Under the pieces are notes generated by a model. That model was not told the origin of the DNA and made no database searches. It was given only the letters and a program-made list of their open reading frames with translations. A stretch of DNA of 64,000 bases, from NCBI RefSeq assembly GCF_006345805.1, contig NW_021833039.1, positions 1-64,000 of the forward strand, in the 5' to 3' direction. The translations under genes were made by a program, and so were the position numbers. Numbering within the stretch: the first letter of the stretch is position 1; each line of letters opens with the position of its first letter. This document shows positions 36,365 to 48,459 of the stretch, one piece after another. Source of the DNA: Octopus sinensis (Eukaryota).

Positions 36365-37380
36365 TCAAAATTTAGTATGACCCCCCTGAGCATTAATTGC
36401 GTCTAAAATTCTGTTCCGCATTGTTCCAACAAGGGATGTCGCATATTCTATTGAAAGATCATTCCAAATATTTTTTAATTCCTCAAATAGGTCACTCTTT
36501 TTTTTAAATTCAGTCCCTTTTATTTTATGTTTCATGAAGGCCCACACGTGCTCGATTGGATTCAAATCGGGACTTTGAGGAGGCCATTGTAATAACTCAA
36601 TTCGGTGTTCATTAAAAAAATCTTTAGCCACCTTGCATGTGTGCTTTGGATCATTATCTTGCTGATAAATTGGAGACCGGATCCCGGTTTTCTCCAAAAA
36701 GGCAACAAATAGTCCGCCAAGATACTTACATACAAGTTCCCATTCATAATTCCCTTTATCCAAACAAGTTCCGAAAAACATTCCGATGTAAATGCGCCCC
36801 AAACCATTACGTTCTCTTTTCCAAACTTGACTGTTGTAGTAACATTTTCGCTAAAAAGCCTTTGTCCCCTTTTTCTCCAGACAAATTTTCTTCCATCGGG
36901 ATTAAATAGATTGAATTTCGATTCATCACTAAAGATAACTCGATTCCAGAACACATTCGGCAACATGTTCCACTTAATGCACTGAGAAAGTCTAGTCTTT
37001 TTGTGTTCTTTCGACAGATATGGCCTTTTCGTAGGCTGAAACGTCGATATGTTCAGTTTTTTCAAATAGTTCCTCACTGTCTGTGATGTGACAGCAGTTC
37101 CCGTTTCAGAACGTAAAATTTCCGAACATTTTACGGAATTGAAAACAACGTCAGTTTTTTGTTCACGTTGAATTATTCCGAGATCATCAGAGTTAAGTTT
37201 AAATCTTCGTCCTGAGCCTTTTTTTCTCTGGAAGGAATCATTCATGGTGAAGTTTCGAATGACTCTCGAGATGGCACTCAGAGATCTTCCGGTCAAATTT
37301 CTTATTTCCCGATATGACTTTCCGACTTTATAATACGTAATAATTTCTGCTTTTTCTTGTAATGTAAGTTGTAAAACCAT
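36365..37380 (-). mobile_element. Tc1-family DD34E transposase, near full length, one frameshift
   Basis: 272-aa ORF (HTH, VIFSDESKFN, VMVWGAF) joins QQDNDPKH...SPDLNPIEHVW through a 1-nt shift in a T run near 36700. TIRs not found. Confidence 0.9.
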
Positions 37381-38211
37381 GTAACAAGAATCAACACGTG
37401 TAATAAAGTAAAAAAATGGTTTAAAAAACTCTTTTGTTCTCTTTTTTATTTTGTTTTGTTCTCTTTTTTATTTTGTTTGAAAAAAAATTGGTTTAAATAC
37501 ATATTAAAATCTTTGACGTTTGGATTTTTATAAAAGGCAAAAGTTAAGATTATAGCTTGAAATTCGATTTTTTATTAAAATAAATCAATCATTCAATAGA
37601 AAAAAATCGAGAAAATGAGTGTTCCGTTTTTTATTTGTATCGCTGTATTTGTAACTTAGCCCCAAAATGACACTCAAATTGAGAACTGGAAGGGATGGTC
37701 ATTTTACCCAAAGAAAAGGGACTTCCATTCCGGGAAAATCTCTCAATCAGAAAACCCTGAGAGATTAGTTTACCCGGATACTTTACAAGTTCCTCGATTC
37801 CAACCCAATTCGGGAAGTTCCTAAGCATTATCACTGACGCACGTAGCTTTGTCTCCTCGATTTTGTGACCAATTGGCTCAAAAGGTTGGTTATTCGTACA
37901 GTAGTCGACAAAACCGGAAAGATCCTCTTTCATTTTGAAATCCAAAACGTAGTCCCCCAAGTGACGCAGAGGCCTGGGTAGTCGGAGATTTAAGATTCTT
38001 TTTGTATTTAGAATAATTCATCGTGAGTTTTTTATTTTTAATTTCTATTTTTTTGGTCACTAGAACACACGTCACGTCACTCGTTAAGATTATAAAGTGA
38101 AATATCATGGATTAGGTGGGACAATCCGATTTTTTTACGATTTCGAACGACTTTTAGTAGTTGATCGCGCACTAATTTTGTTGGCTTGGCACCAGACGTT
38201 AATAGTGATCC

Positions 38212-39009
38212 GGGCGATATCGTGTTTTAGCGTCTAAAATCATAAGGGACCAATTTTGATTAGAAATCGCAACTAAATTAATATATTATATGATTTTTTA
38301 AAAAATTATATAATTATCAAAATATATTATCTGCAACGCTTTAACAGTATTTTGAATTGATGTCTCGTGAAGGCCGTTGCATCGACTATAACCAAAATAT
38401 GATTTGTTACTATTTGAATTGAATCACCGAGATTTTGTGGAAATAACAATGACCACGCAAGATCGGTCAATTGGTTGGCTCAATATCAGCTAATCAAAAA
38501 TTCGATTATCTGTACGGATTATTGGCCAGCCTACAATAGAATCGAATTGCTAGGATATGCCGATTTAAGAGTCAACCACAGCCGCAATTTTGTTGACCAG
38601 AACAATCGCTCCCACTACGCAGGGAATCGAGTCATTGTGTCTCACGCCAAGAAAAAGCTAAAAGGATGAATGGAACATCCCGTGTTCTTTTTAATTCTTA
38701 TCGGCGGAATTTGAATAGCGGTGGAGAAATGATACGATCCCTGTGGAGGCGGGAATGCATTATTAAATGTTAATAACTATTAATTTCAGATCCTTTGTCT
38801 TAATAATTCGAGTTTTCACTGTTTTCTGTTTTTACTAAATTGCTGTAAAAAATGTAGTTTTAAAAAATTTAATTTAGGGTTGCCACAGTATTGTACATAT
38901 AAATTTAATTATAATAATTTTTAAAAATATAATATATAATTTAATTTAGTTGCGATTTCTAATCAGAATTGGTCCCTTATGATTTTAAGACGCTAAAACA
39001 CGATATCGC
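38212..39009 (+). mobile_element. Merlin (IS1595/ISXO2-like) non-autonomous DNA transposon
   Basis: TIRs of roughly 70-100 bp starting GCGATATCGTGTTTTAGCGTC; 9-bp TSD TAGTGATCC (38203-38211 and 39010-39018). Motifs IICTDYWPAY, VNHSRNFVD and frameshifted HTQGIES. Confidence 0.88.
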
Positions 39010-39810
39010 TAGTGATCCCGTTCATGTTGTCCGTCCAAAGGGTCCCGAATAAGTCATCCTCATAAATTTGTGGCCACCTCCATTCTCACAGCTTTTTGCT
39101 CGTCGTGTTATGGCCGTCCTTACTGACGATGATGCACCAGAACCCGCCTTTCAATTTTCCGCTATTGCACCTCGTCAATGTGCGCAGAAGCCTTGAAGAG
39201 ACAAATGTTACTCCGACACTGTTGAAAGCTCTAGCATGACTCCAAGCTTAGCTAACTGCCAATATTCCTCGACCCAGTCAAAAGTGCAGAGAGATTGCAT
39301 TCGATCTTTGTAGTCAATGCGTGGATCTATTGACCAGAATGTCCAATCTATTGACCAGCTCATATTTAGTTTGTGCCCTTTGTTAAATCGCACTACCTGA
39401 ATATTTAGCACAATCTGAGGATTCTGAAAAGTTACTCGCCTAGTTTTTCCCACTATTCTAATAAATCGTAGAATGCAGGGGAGAAGGAAGGTGATAATTA
39501 TAGACATCAGTTTTTGTACAAAGAAGTTCCCGCAAACATATACAATTAAAAAAATTCAAGTAACTAACATTAGGCAATAGGGCTGATCACATTTGTGTGT
39601 TAGAGGTCATTCACCGGGTTGGTGTCTATAATCCTGCAAATGTCGATCACGATAGACAAATAGAAAATATTACTTCAATTTAAGTAAGAGTTCCGAATGA
39701 GGTCAGCTATTCGGGCAAATGTATTGAGAGAACAGCATGCATTAATTAGAATAATTGTCAGATGTTATTTAGTTTAGTAAAGATAAGTAATTGAAATTAT
39801 TGATGACACG

Positions 39811-40150
39811 TTAACAAAGATTGCATGTCCTGCGACAGTTTTTTGCTATAAACACCGAAAAACCCTCAAATTTACAATTGTTTTGTATATCTTGACATAA
39901 AGATGAAGTATCCTTGCACACTTGAATGAAACTGTTTATTAAATGTGTACCTTTCTTGCACAACCCGCATGATTTTTTGCACATTTGCCGCATCTGTGAG
40001 CCCATCCAGTTCGGATACACACAGTACCCTCTCCTCGCATTCAAGTCGCAAAATTTTTTCTGATCAGTGCAGTCTATCAATAACTGTCCTAATTGACAAA
40101 CCTTCAGTTGAATAGATGGCAAGACACAATGCAAAGAGGAATATAATCAT
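39811..40150 (-). CDS. Small secreted protein with two ShK (ShKT) domains
   Basis: Signal peptide MIIFLFALCLAIYSTE, 28-nt intron, then CTDQKKFC...C...MCKKSCGLC, a 30-nt in-frame intron (39921-39950), then CKDTSSLC...C...NCRRTCNLC*. Confidence 0.85.
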
Positions 40151-40308
40151 CTAAAGTAGTGTGAGCATTGTGTATTTATATATAGAGTGAACATATGCTT
40201 TCGAATCAATCAGGACGCATCAAAAGTCACGCCTTCAAAATTAATTCCCAAGTTCGGTCTTTTTGCTGAGCTAACCAGAACATAAATAATCAGCTTTATT
40301 GAAATGTG

Positions 40309-41654
40309 TTAGATTGTCTGAATAATTCTAGATTGACAAAATCGACGATGGCTGAAACCATCTGCAGTAAAAGAGAAAAAGTCACCTAGAACAAACTCAA
40401 GCTAATGTACATTAATCCAGGCAGGAGTGTCAGTGACCTTCTTCCAATTGTACTCGTCTCCAAACCCCTTGTTGAAACTGACGTTGGCAGTGCACCACTC
40501 AGACCATCTAAACATGCGCTGATCGAATGCATCTGACATGTTAATGATTATCTCTACATTTGTTGTTGTCGGTCAAAAACAACTGAATATCTTGGATGAT
40601 GTCTCTGAACACTTGCCGCATGTTGCAGATCTTCCTAGTGCTGAGTCACCCAATTACCTCGATTCTCTGCCTACTCGTTAGTCTGGTGATACTGCGCCCC
40701 GACTTATGATTCACTTCAACAAAGATACAACGAGTCGCGTTATAAGTCAAACTGATCACGTGTCGTGGGTTTCTTTCGAAGGTGACCCCCTCACAAATGT
40801 AACTTCTACTTGATGACTGAAAAGTGTAAAACTTTGAATGCTCGGAACATTTGTTACTCTGAGTAGTTATGATTGCTCCCACGGAATATTCATGTTTACT
40901 CCCCAAGACACGATTTCCGGTGACTGTGAACTGATTTATCGAAGGACAGGCAGTGAAAGCGCCTCCTTTCGACACTCCGAACTCCCAGTACTGGACGGAG
41001 CACCAATGATAATAATCTCTATTAAATATCGATTGCATACAAATGTGGAGATATCGCTCAAATATTTCATCCAGTCCTCGCACTAGTCATGAATCACTCC
41101 AAAAATACTCAGTTCCGAGTTGGTGGAACAAGTCGACTCGTGTAACTTGTTTTCTAAAATGAGGGATTAATTCAACCAATGAGCAGCCTCTCGCTTCTCT
41201 CGCATCGGTAGTGGTATGGGTTTATGCACATGTGAAGTTGCCCTTTCCGAAATCCGTTTTCGCACAAAGAAACCAACTCACAGATTTCCACATCCTCCAC
41301 CCGGAAGAGACGAAAGATAATCACGTGCGGGTAGTGTTTTCTCCCGGCAATCTGAATCAGTCGTGGAAAGTCAACCTGAATTCGTCCATCAACAGTGGAC
41401 TCGATGCTCACACATCCTGTCGCTTGACGCCCTCCGTTGACAATTGCTTTAACAAAGTCTTGGATAACCTCGGAACTTTTGAATCTTCGGAGAAAGCCTT
41501 TGATCAAAGTTCTTGAATTCTCCTGTTTTGTCCCGTCTCTGGGAACTGTGCAGAAAATTAGATCGTCTGTGATTTCGTTGTACTCCCCGTCTTTCCCAAA
41601 CATTTCTGAGACAGACGCGTTTTGTCCATTTAAATATCGTGTTGGTCCGGACAT
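40309..41654 (-). CDS. Divergent Smad (MH1 + MH2), most like co-Smad Smad4/Medea
   Basis: MH1 GCVSIESTVDGRIQ|IAGRKHYPHVI...CINPYHY; MH2 HWCSVQYWE and CTANVSFNKGFGDEY...TDTPAWIN. No C-terminal SSXS motif. Introns 23-26 nt. Start and one MH2 junction are uncertain. Confidence 0.85.
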
Positions 41655-43599
41655 TGAATACGCCGTTCCAGTTTGTCGAAATACTCATTGTTTGAGTTTC
41701 TCAGGGGCATCGGGAAACCCCATTTGCTCCCTCTTTCATTCAAAAAGTTTACGAATCATGAAAATTTTGCCAAATATAGACTATGATAATTATAATTTCC
41801 ATTTAAATTATAATAAGTGGGATTAATCTCCCTAAAATAGTACCATTTTATTGTTTCCTAGACTAATAAGCAAATCAATTATCAAATTGCATGCATCCTA
41901 ATCTTCTCAATAAACTGGCTTCTCGATTCATTTTGCTTTTCCCTGCACATTCACAATTGTCTATGCCTGTAAAATGAAATTAAACAGGCAAGGTTTCTAT
42001 CTCTTCTGTTTTCTTCAATCCTCAGGGAGTTGGATATTCCATTATAAAAGCTTAAGTAAATACAGTATGAATAGCATCTCCACCCAAATATGGCTTGAGT
42101 ATAAATTATAACAACAGTCTGAAATGAAGAGCACAATATAATGAAGTGAAGTAACTGTAACCAACTTCGGTGGCCGATGATTTTAAGCAATACTCAAATA
42201 ATATGTATAATAATGAGTTAAATAGGCGTAACATCTCGAATGTGCATGTCATGATAATTGTTAGTTATTTGATATTATATCAGCCTCAATTAAATCAGAT
42301 TTGACGACCTTGAATGCAAGCAAACCTACAAACTGTAAAAGACTAAGCAGATTTCCCTTTTCGAAGTTAGATTTCTTATAATCTCTTGACTTGTAATAAA
42401 TAAGGGATTAATCAAAGTTGTTTAGCCTGAAAGTACGACAAATGAGTCGATCAAAGAGAGTAAAATTCATAATTGGAAAGGGAAAGACTCGTTAATAACA
42501 TGTATTGCGAATGACCTAATTCACTCTGGCTTTACTAAAACGACTATAATTCTATTAAACTCTTATGAGCAATGGTTTATGCTGAGACAAAAATTTTACT
42601 CGAGACTAAATTGACCCCATCGAGGTTAAATTATGGATTCTGATAATAAAGAAGCCCTAAATTACTTATTTGCAGTCATGTGATCAATTAGTCTATCAAA
42701 TTAAAATCCAAACAAACTAAAGTCTAAAATTAAGAAATTTAATTTGAAGAGTGGGTGCCAAAAAATAAAAATCTCACTTCTGTAAATTAAAGCTGAAAAG
42801 TAAAGTCCGGATTATATTCATTGCTTGAATTGTATCAAAACATGGAATTTGGAGAAACATAGAGAATGTAAATGCGAGGAGTCCCACTCTACTGAAAACA
42901 GAATCCCGAGGGGCCAAGCAAATTAATGGACTCAACGACAATGTGTATTTCATAAGGAAATTATTAACTTCTTGTTTACCTATTATTAGCAGGAAGCCAA
43001 AAATAATATAAAAATATTTTTTCTAGGAACTATATCTGATAATTCCGACTTGATCAAAACGCATCGTCAAACATCGGACACAAGGACTAACAAAACAAGA
43101 CTCAACTAACGAGTTTATTCATTTGTGGGAATATAACTTATGTGTCAATTTTTCATTTCACATCGACGAACGTAACAACCAAAGTTATAAAAATTCGTTT
43201 CAGTCACAAACAAAGCACAAAGGAATGACCGGATTGCGACGGAGACATTGCAACATCAAAATGATAAACACAGAAATTTACTTTGGTGAGTTTTCTAGGG
43301 AAATTAATTTAGCTTCGAAAATTTTTATTTGGAATGGAATGTGAAATTCATTAGAAATTTTGATCATTCTGAAAAATGAATACTCTAGAAGATTTTCCAT
43401 CTCACCCTCTGATTCGTGCTCTCTATGATGTCTGGTTGAGAATCTGTGAAGTGTCGCGTAATTTGATTCGTATAATATTTTTAATGTTAATTAGCCAACC
43501 TGAGTCAAAAGTTCGGCAGATTAATTGAAAAATCTATAAATTAGCATAATCCTAAAAATATATTGGAAATCGCCGTCGACGCCTCGATGTGCTGTTCAA

Positions 43600-45542
43600 T
43601 TTGCAGGCTGAAGGAAATGTTCAGGGAATTTCCAAACAGTGGCAACCCAGGTGAATATACTAACGATTACTCCAGTAGTTTGGCATGCGGGAATCCTCAC
43701 GGGCTGGTTAGTTGAGGTCCAAATGGATTGGATCATGACCAGCTTACGATTTGAGGACAATCTATTTTTTTCTGACTTTGATTTCCCCGACTCGCAGTAC
43801 TTTCCGATTTTGATCTGTAGGGAAGTGTTGGATTTGGAGACACTCCAGAGACTGCTTAATCAGATTCTTGACAACTATGAGGGTGTGGGGACTAATCTGA
43901 ACATCCAAACTCTATTCCGACATATTGAAAAATTTGTAGTTGAGGGAAAATGTTTAAATGAGTTAGTAATTGTCGTATCATTACAGTCTCGATATGCCTG
44001 TTCCCCCAGCCAAGTCCATCAAATGTAGACTCTTTGACGTTCGAACGATTAAATAACACGTAGAATGGGATCGCGTTCGGGGAATGTAGCCAGGATCTCC
44101 AAGTTTGTAGAAGAATTTCTGGCTTTGTGTACGAGGACGAAATCGAGCTGATAAAATGGATGCATGTCCGCAGCTTCGAAAATGTTCTTCCGGTTGGTTC
44201 GTTGTTTAACAGCCAGAGTTCTCGATTACTGCAAATGTCCGACACAAACTCGAATCTAGAAATGTCCTTCAACCAACAAGGAATCAACGTCTTTTTCGCG
44301 CTGCTCAAATTCCTGGAGGTCAGTCCATAATAAAATTTGCAGAACGAATACGACGTCGCAAATTATTTCCGAGTCATATCCCCGGCGTCGTCAAATTGGG
44401 ATTTGTGGGATAGAATGGGCTATGGAAATGAGTTTGTGGGGACCTACGAAGTATAATTGTAAAATTCTACTCTAGAACATGTTTCTCATCTGTCCTGCAC
44501 GAGACAGAAAAACCTATCTAATAAATAAGAAAATTCCTTTTCATTGGTCCGCCAGTCCACTCATTTTGTAGTATCTACTTCAAACAGATGAGTCCCCACT
44601 CTTGGGACTTGCCTGTTAAATTGGTAGACTACGATCCCATCTTCTCAAACGCCGGTCAGCACTCTGACATGACATTCTTGAACAGTGTCTCCAATTACGA
44701 CGATTCGTGCGTGTTCTGTTCCAGGGAAAAGGTCACTCCCGACTTGTCAATTCTAGTTGCAAGACGAACTCGTCGGCGTCCTTAATTTGTGCAAGTCGAT
44801 TTATTCCGCGTTTGACCTCGACTTGTCGGCAAAATTCATTTCAAAGCCTTTGATGAATTCAACAAGACACGAGGAGTGTGATTTGATTACCCAAGTTGAC
44901 GGTGATTAATTTACCAGATAATTCGGAGTGCTCTCTCGGCGACGGGGATCACCTTCGAAGAGAGCGCTGGATATTCCCAACTGCCCTTTGTACTATTCCT
45001 GGCTAATGTACTAGGTAACTTTTAACGTCCGGACGTATGACGACTCCACTTACACGTGCGGGATCGTGGAGGTGGACCTCACTTCGGGGGAGAGATTTGA
45101 TTTATTCTACGAATAGTCTCACCCTTGTGTCCAATGCCTAGTGATGGTTGCAGAAAGACTCCCGCAATCATTCATCATCAAATCATTGGGTCCATTCAAG
45201 AATTCACCAAGATCTTACTTCACCACTACAAGGGATATTGGTTTGTTCACATTCCTGACCTCAGGCCATTCTGGCTTTCCCCGATACAATGCACCGTCGT
45301 TTCTTTGCGAGAGGAGTTTTTGGAATATTCAAAGACGGTACTCTTGGTGGTTATAACCCAGGTCTATCAAACTATCCGAAGACGGCACATTCGGGCAGTC
45401 ATGTCTTGGAATTTCGACTGTTGCATCTCCGATCGACTCAATAACGCAAAAAAGAATTCAAGCTTTACTCTGGGTAATATGTCACTCCAACTACGCCCAG
45501 TCATTGGACGGGAAGAGCTTATGCAAAATCAAGTTCACGTGA
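43600..45542 (+). CDS. Multi-exon gene; putative highly degenerate class II PI3K-like protein
   Basis: At least 8 GT-AG introns of 24-27 nt link long open frames, so the gene itself is well supported. The PI3K resemblance is weak and by eye: FFALLK, FSNAGQH, FCSREKLQD...DLDL, ESAGYSQLPFVL, LFTFLTSGHSGFP and a C2-like tail. 5' end unresolved. Confidence 0.45.
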
Positions 45543-46531
45543 TTGGGACCAACTTGGATTTGGGACGTGTTTCCGTGGAGGTGGCAATCGACTTGATGAG
45601 TGAATTACTCAATACGAAAAGCCGACAAGTTTTTTAACATCTTTTTGAGAATAAATATGGCTTCAATCAATTGATAATTACAAATTAAGAAAAAAATAAA
45701 CAAAAGTGCTTATATGCCTTCAACCTAAAAATATGAATATGTCGAGGGTGAAATCGTGACAGATGTCATAACACTGACAGTCGTCTTAAGTCACCATAAA
45801 ATAATAATCCACGACAAAATAATTACTTTATCCTAACAGGCTATGATGTTTGTCTATGATGACGCAGAATACAACTGACTGAAATTATTCCTTGGAGAGC
45901 ATTACGTGGATATTTCGAAAGTTAAAAAATTCCGACTGAAAAAGCCGAAAATTTCATTCTTATTGACAGAAAGCTATATCTGGAAAATACTAATCAACTC
46001 CACAAGCTTCAACACTTACAGAAGGTGCATAATATTTCTGAATCAACAAAACAGACGGTAAAGACAGCCTCAAAACATATATTAATTACAAATTTGGTTT
46101 TTCTCGGGTAAATTTCCTAATTATAAATAAAACTATGGGGGTAAATCGATCGAAACATAAATTTAGCATCAAAAAGTATTCAATTTATAATTACTTAAGC
46201 AGTTCGTATTCGGAAGGACTAATTCTTCACTAAAATCAATAACCTTTGTTTCTTTCGTTTTTTACTTTGTACTTTTGTATTTTGAGAAGTTTGAAAAACT
46301 CATATTCTTTCTCAACATTGATTAGAAGTTCATTAAAGTAAGCTACATATAGCGTACACAAACAAAAATTGGAAGACATCTGTTAATTAAATTTTTATTT
46401 TTAAGAAAATGTTGTGAAAAGGTGGCCGATTTAGAATTTGGCCACTTTTCGAAATTTTATTTTACTTTTAATTATTTCTTACAAAATTAACATTTTAAGT
46501 ATATAAAAATAAATTAAATATTGTGTTGTTG

Positions 46532-47246
46532 ATGGCAGAGCAGCTCGCTTCGATTTATGGGTCAGAAAAAGACAAGTATAGAGGGTATAGTCACAAGCAG
46601 AGTAAATTGTTCATTTTTCTTCAAAATCGGAGCATGCAGACACGGGGACCAGTGCACGCGCATTCACAACAAACCCAACTTCAGCCAAACCGTGCTGATC
46701 ACGAACATGTTCCCGGGGGCACAGGTGAGTCACCTCTACTCGGGGTCAGCTCCAAGTTGGTCTGCAGACTAACCGGCAGTGCCCACCAATTCGGAGGACC
46801 AGAGGAAGTTCGAGGAATTCTTCGAGGAGGTGTTTGTGGAAATGAACGACAAGGTGGTCATCCTCCTGACGTGTGTAGTACGGCCCCATCGAGGAAATGA
46901 ACGTGTGCGAAAACGTGGGCGACCATCTGCTGGGGAATACTTATGTGAAGGTGGTGGCCTCCCCTCATCCCAGTTCTACGAGGAGGAGGACGCCGAGCGG
47001 GCACTCCATGCACTCAACGACCGGTGGTTCGGAGGCAGACCATTGTACGCAGACCTGTCCCCTGTCACCGAGTTCAGGGATGCCTGTTGTCGGCAGCACG
47101 AAGTGGGGTACTCCTCCCTCTCACCTCCCAGTGAGTGCACTCGGGCAGGCTTTTGTAACTTCCTTCACATCCGGGCCATCTCCAACGAGTTGAAGACTTA
47201 TCTCTACCAACGGGCACGCAGCACTCGCAGACGTCGTCGTCGTTGA
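46532..47246 (+). CDS. U2AF1: Splicing factor U2AF small subunit (U2AF35)
   Basis: [40 protein letters not shown]...UHM...CCRQHEVGECTRAGFCNFLH. Six introns of 25, 25, 20, 25, 23 and 24 nt. Confidence 0.97.
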
Positions 47247-47381
47247 TTTCTTTCCTCCTTTGTTTTTTCCTCCTTTTTAAATTTCAGTCTATTTTTTATT
47301 TAATTTTATTATACACTATTTATTTAATATGCGGTCAACCTGCTAAATATGCCGAATAAATAGGAATGTTCTAGATCGATA

Positions 47382-48191
47382 ATGGGTCTCAGAAGTGCTC
47401 GTTGTTTGATTCTAACGGCCTCCCTTCTATTTGCAGTCAGTCCACTCTCCATTAACATAATGCAGGGGATTGGTGCTCTAGCAATCTATTCGACCGTGTT
47501 GAGTGCAGAGAAATTCTTCCCGATTGTCCACAAATTTGATTTGAAAACCTTCCCAATCTCACTGATCCCCTTCTCAATGTCCCTCACGTTCTCCATAATA
47601 TTCGTGTTCGCTGCCACATTCGGCCTGTGTGCTCTCCGGAATAACATAAGAATGCGGAAAACAGTACGAGTGTTTGTGTATTGCCAGTACTTCATCCTCG
47701 TCATGATCATTGGGGGAATAACCCTGGCCGTCCTCGTGCTGTGCTTCATCAACCACCAGAAAGTACTCCCCGCCCTCACGCCCAGCTGCCTCTCCGTGCA
47801 GTGGACTACCTCCGCACTGCCATCACCAACTACAACACCACCGCCGACAAAGTTGACTTTATTCAGCGACTGGTGAGTGCCTGCATAACCCCCAGTTTTC
47901 CTGCTGTGGAGTGGACGGTCCCGGGGACTGGAGTGCCCTCAACATGTCTATCCCCCTCAGTTGCTGTCCTCATAGTAATGACACTGTGTGCGACCACCCT
48001 GTCTCTGTTGGGTGTGAGTCTGAGATCACCTCCCTCGACTCCAAATACTTTGTGTTGTCTGTTTCCGTGGGAATCGTCTTTCTGCTATTCACGGTATGTT
48101 TTCTTGGTCACCGCAGTTGATCTCGGGGGTTGCCACTTGCTACCTCCTCAAGACACAACCACACTTTTACGGAACATACTACCCCATTTGA
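47382..48191 (+). CDS. Tetraspanin
   Basis: Four hydrophobic segments; large loop with FSCCGVDGPGDW...PLSCC...GC; five introns of 23-30 nt; C-terminal YYPI. Confidence 0.9.
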
Positions 48192-48459
48192 ATTAGTTAG
48201 CCTATAATCTAATTAATTTGAATAATGCTATATCCAGGACATTTATTCCCTTCAAACGGCTGTAGGCAAACCCAACCAGTCCACCTTCATTCCAACACAA
48301 AGTGGAATCGGGTAGAACGAGAGTAATATACATTTTCTATCATAAACAAAACCATGGAATGCAGCAAATAACTAAAAAATAGATAACCCGAAAACTAAAT
48401 TGAATAAAAATAATGTTAGCAATCACAACAATAATCACAATTGCTTTGAAAGCGGCGGT

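Noticed and set aside
37631-37960. 109-aa ORF between Tc1 and Merlin
   Set aside because: No ATG start in frame at the listed position and no recognisable family.
39208-39507. 99-aa ORF with hydrophobic N-terminus
   Set aside because: No intron, motif or other support; could be a real orphan but cannot be called from sequence alone.
41830-43590. Possible further exons or genes between Smad and the PI3K-like gene
   Set aside because: Could not build an open spliced model.
45700-46450. AT-rich stretch with short open frames upstream of U2AF1
   Set aside because: No TIR, TSD or protein motif identified.
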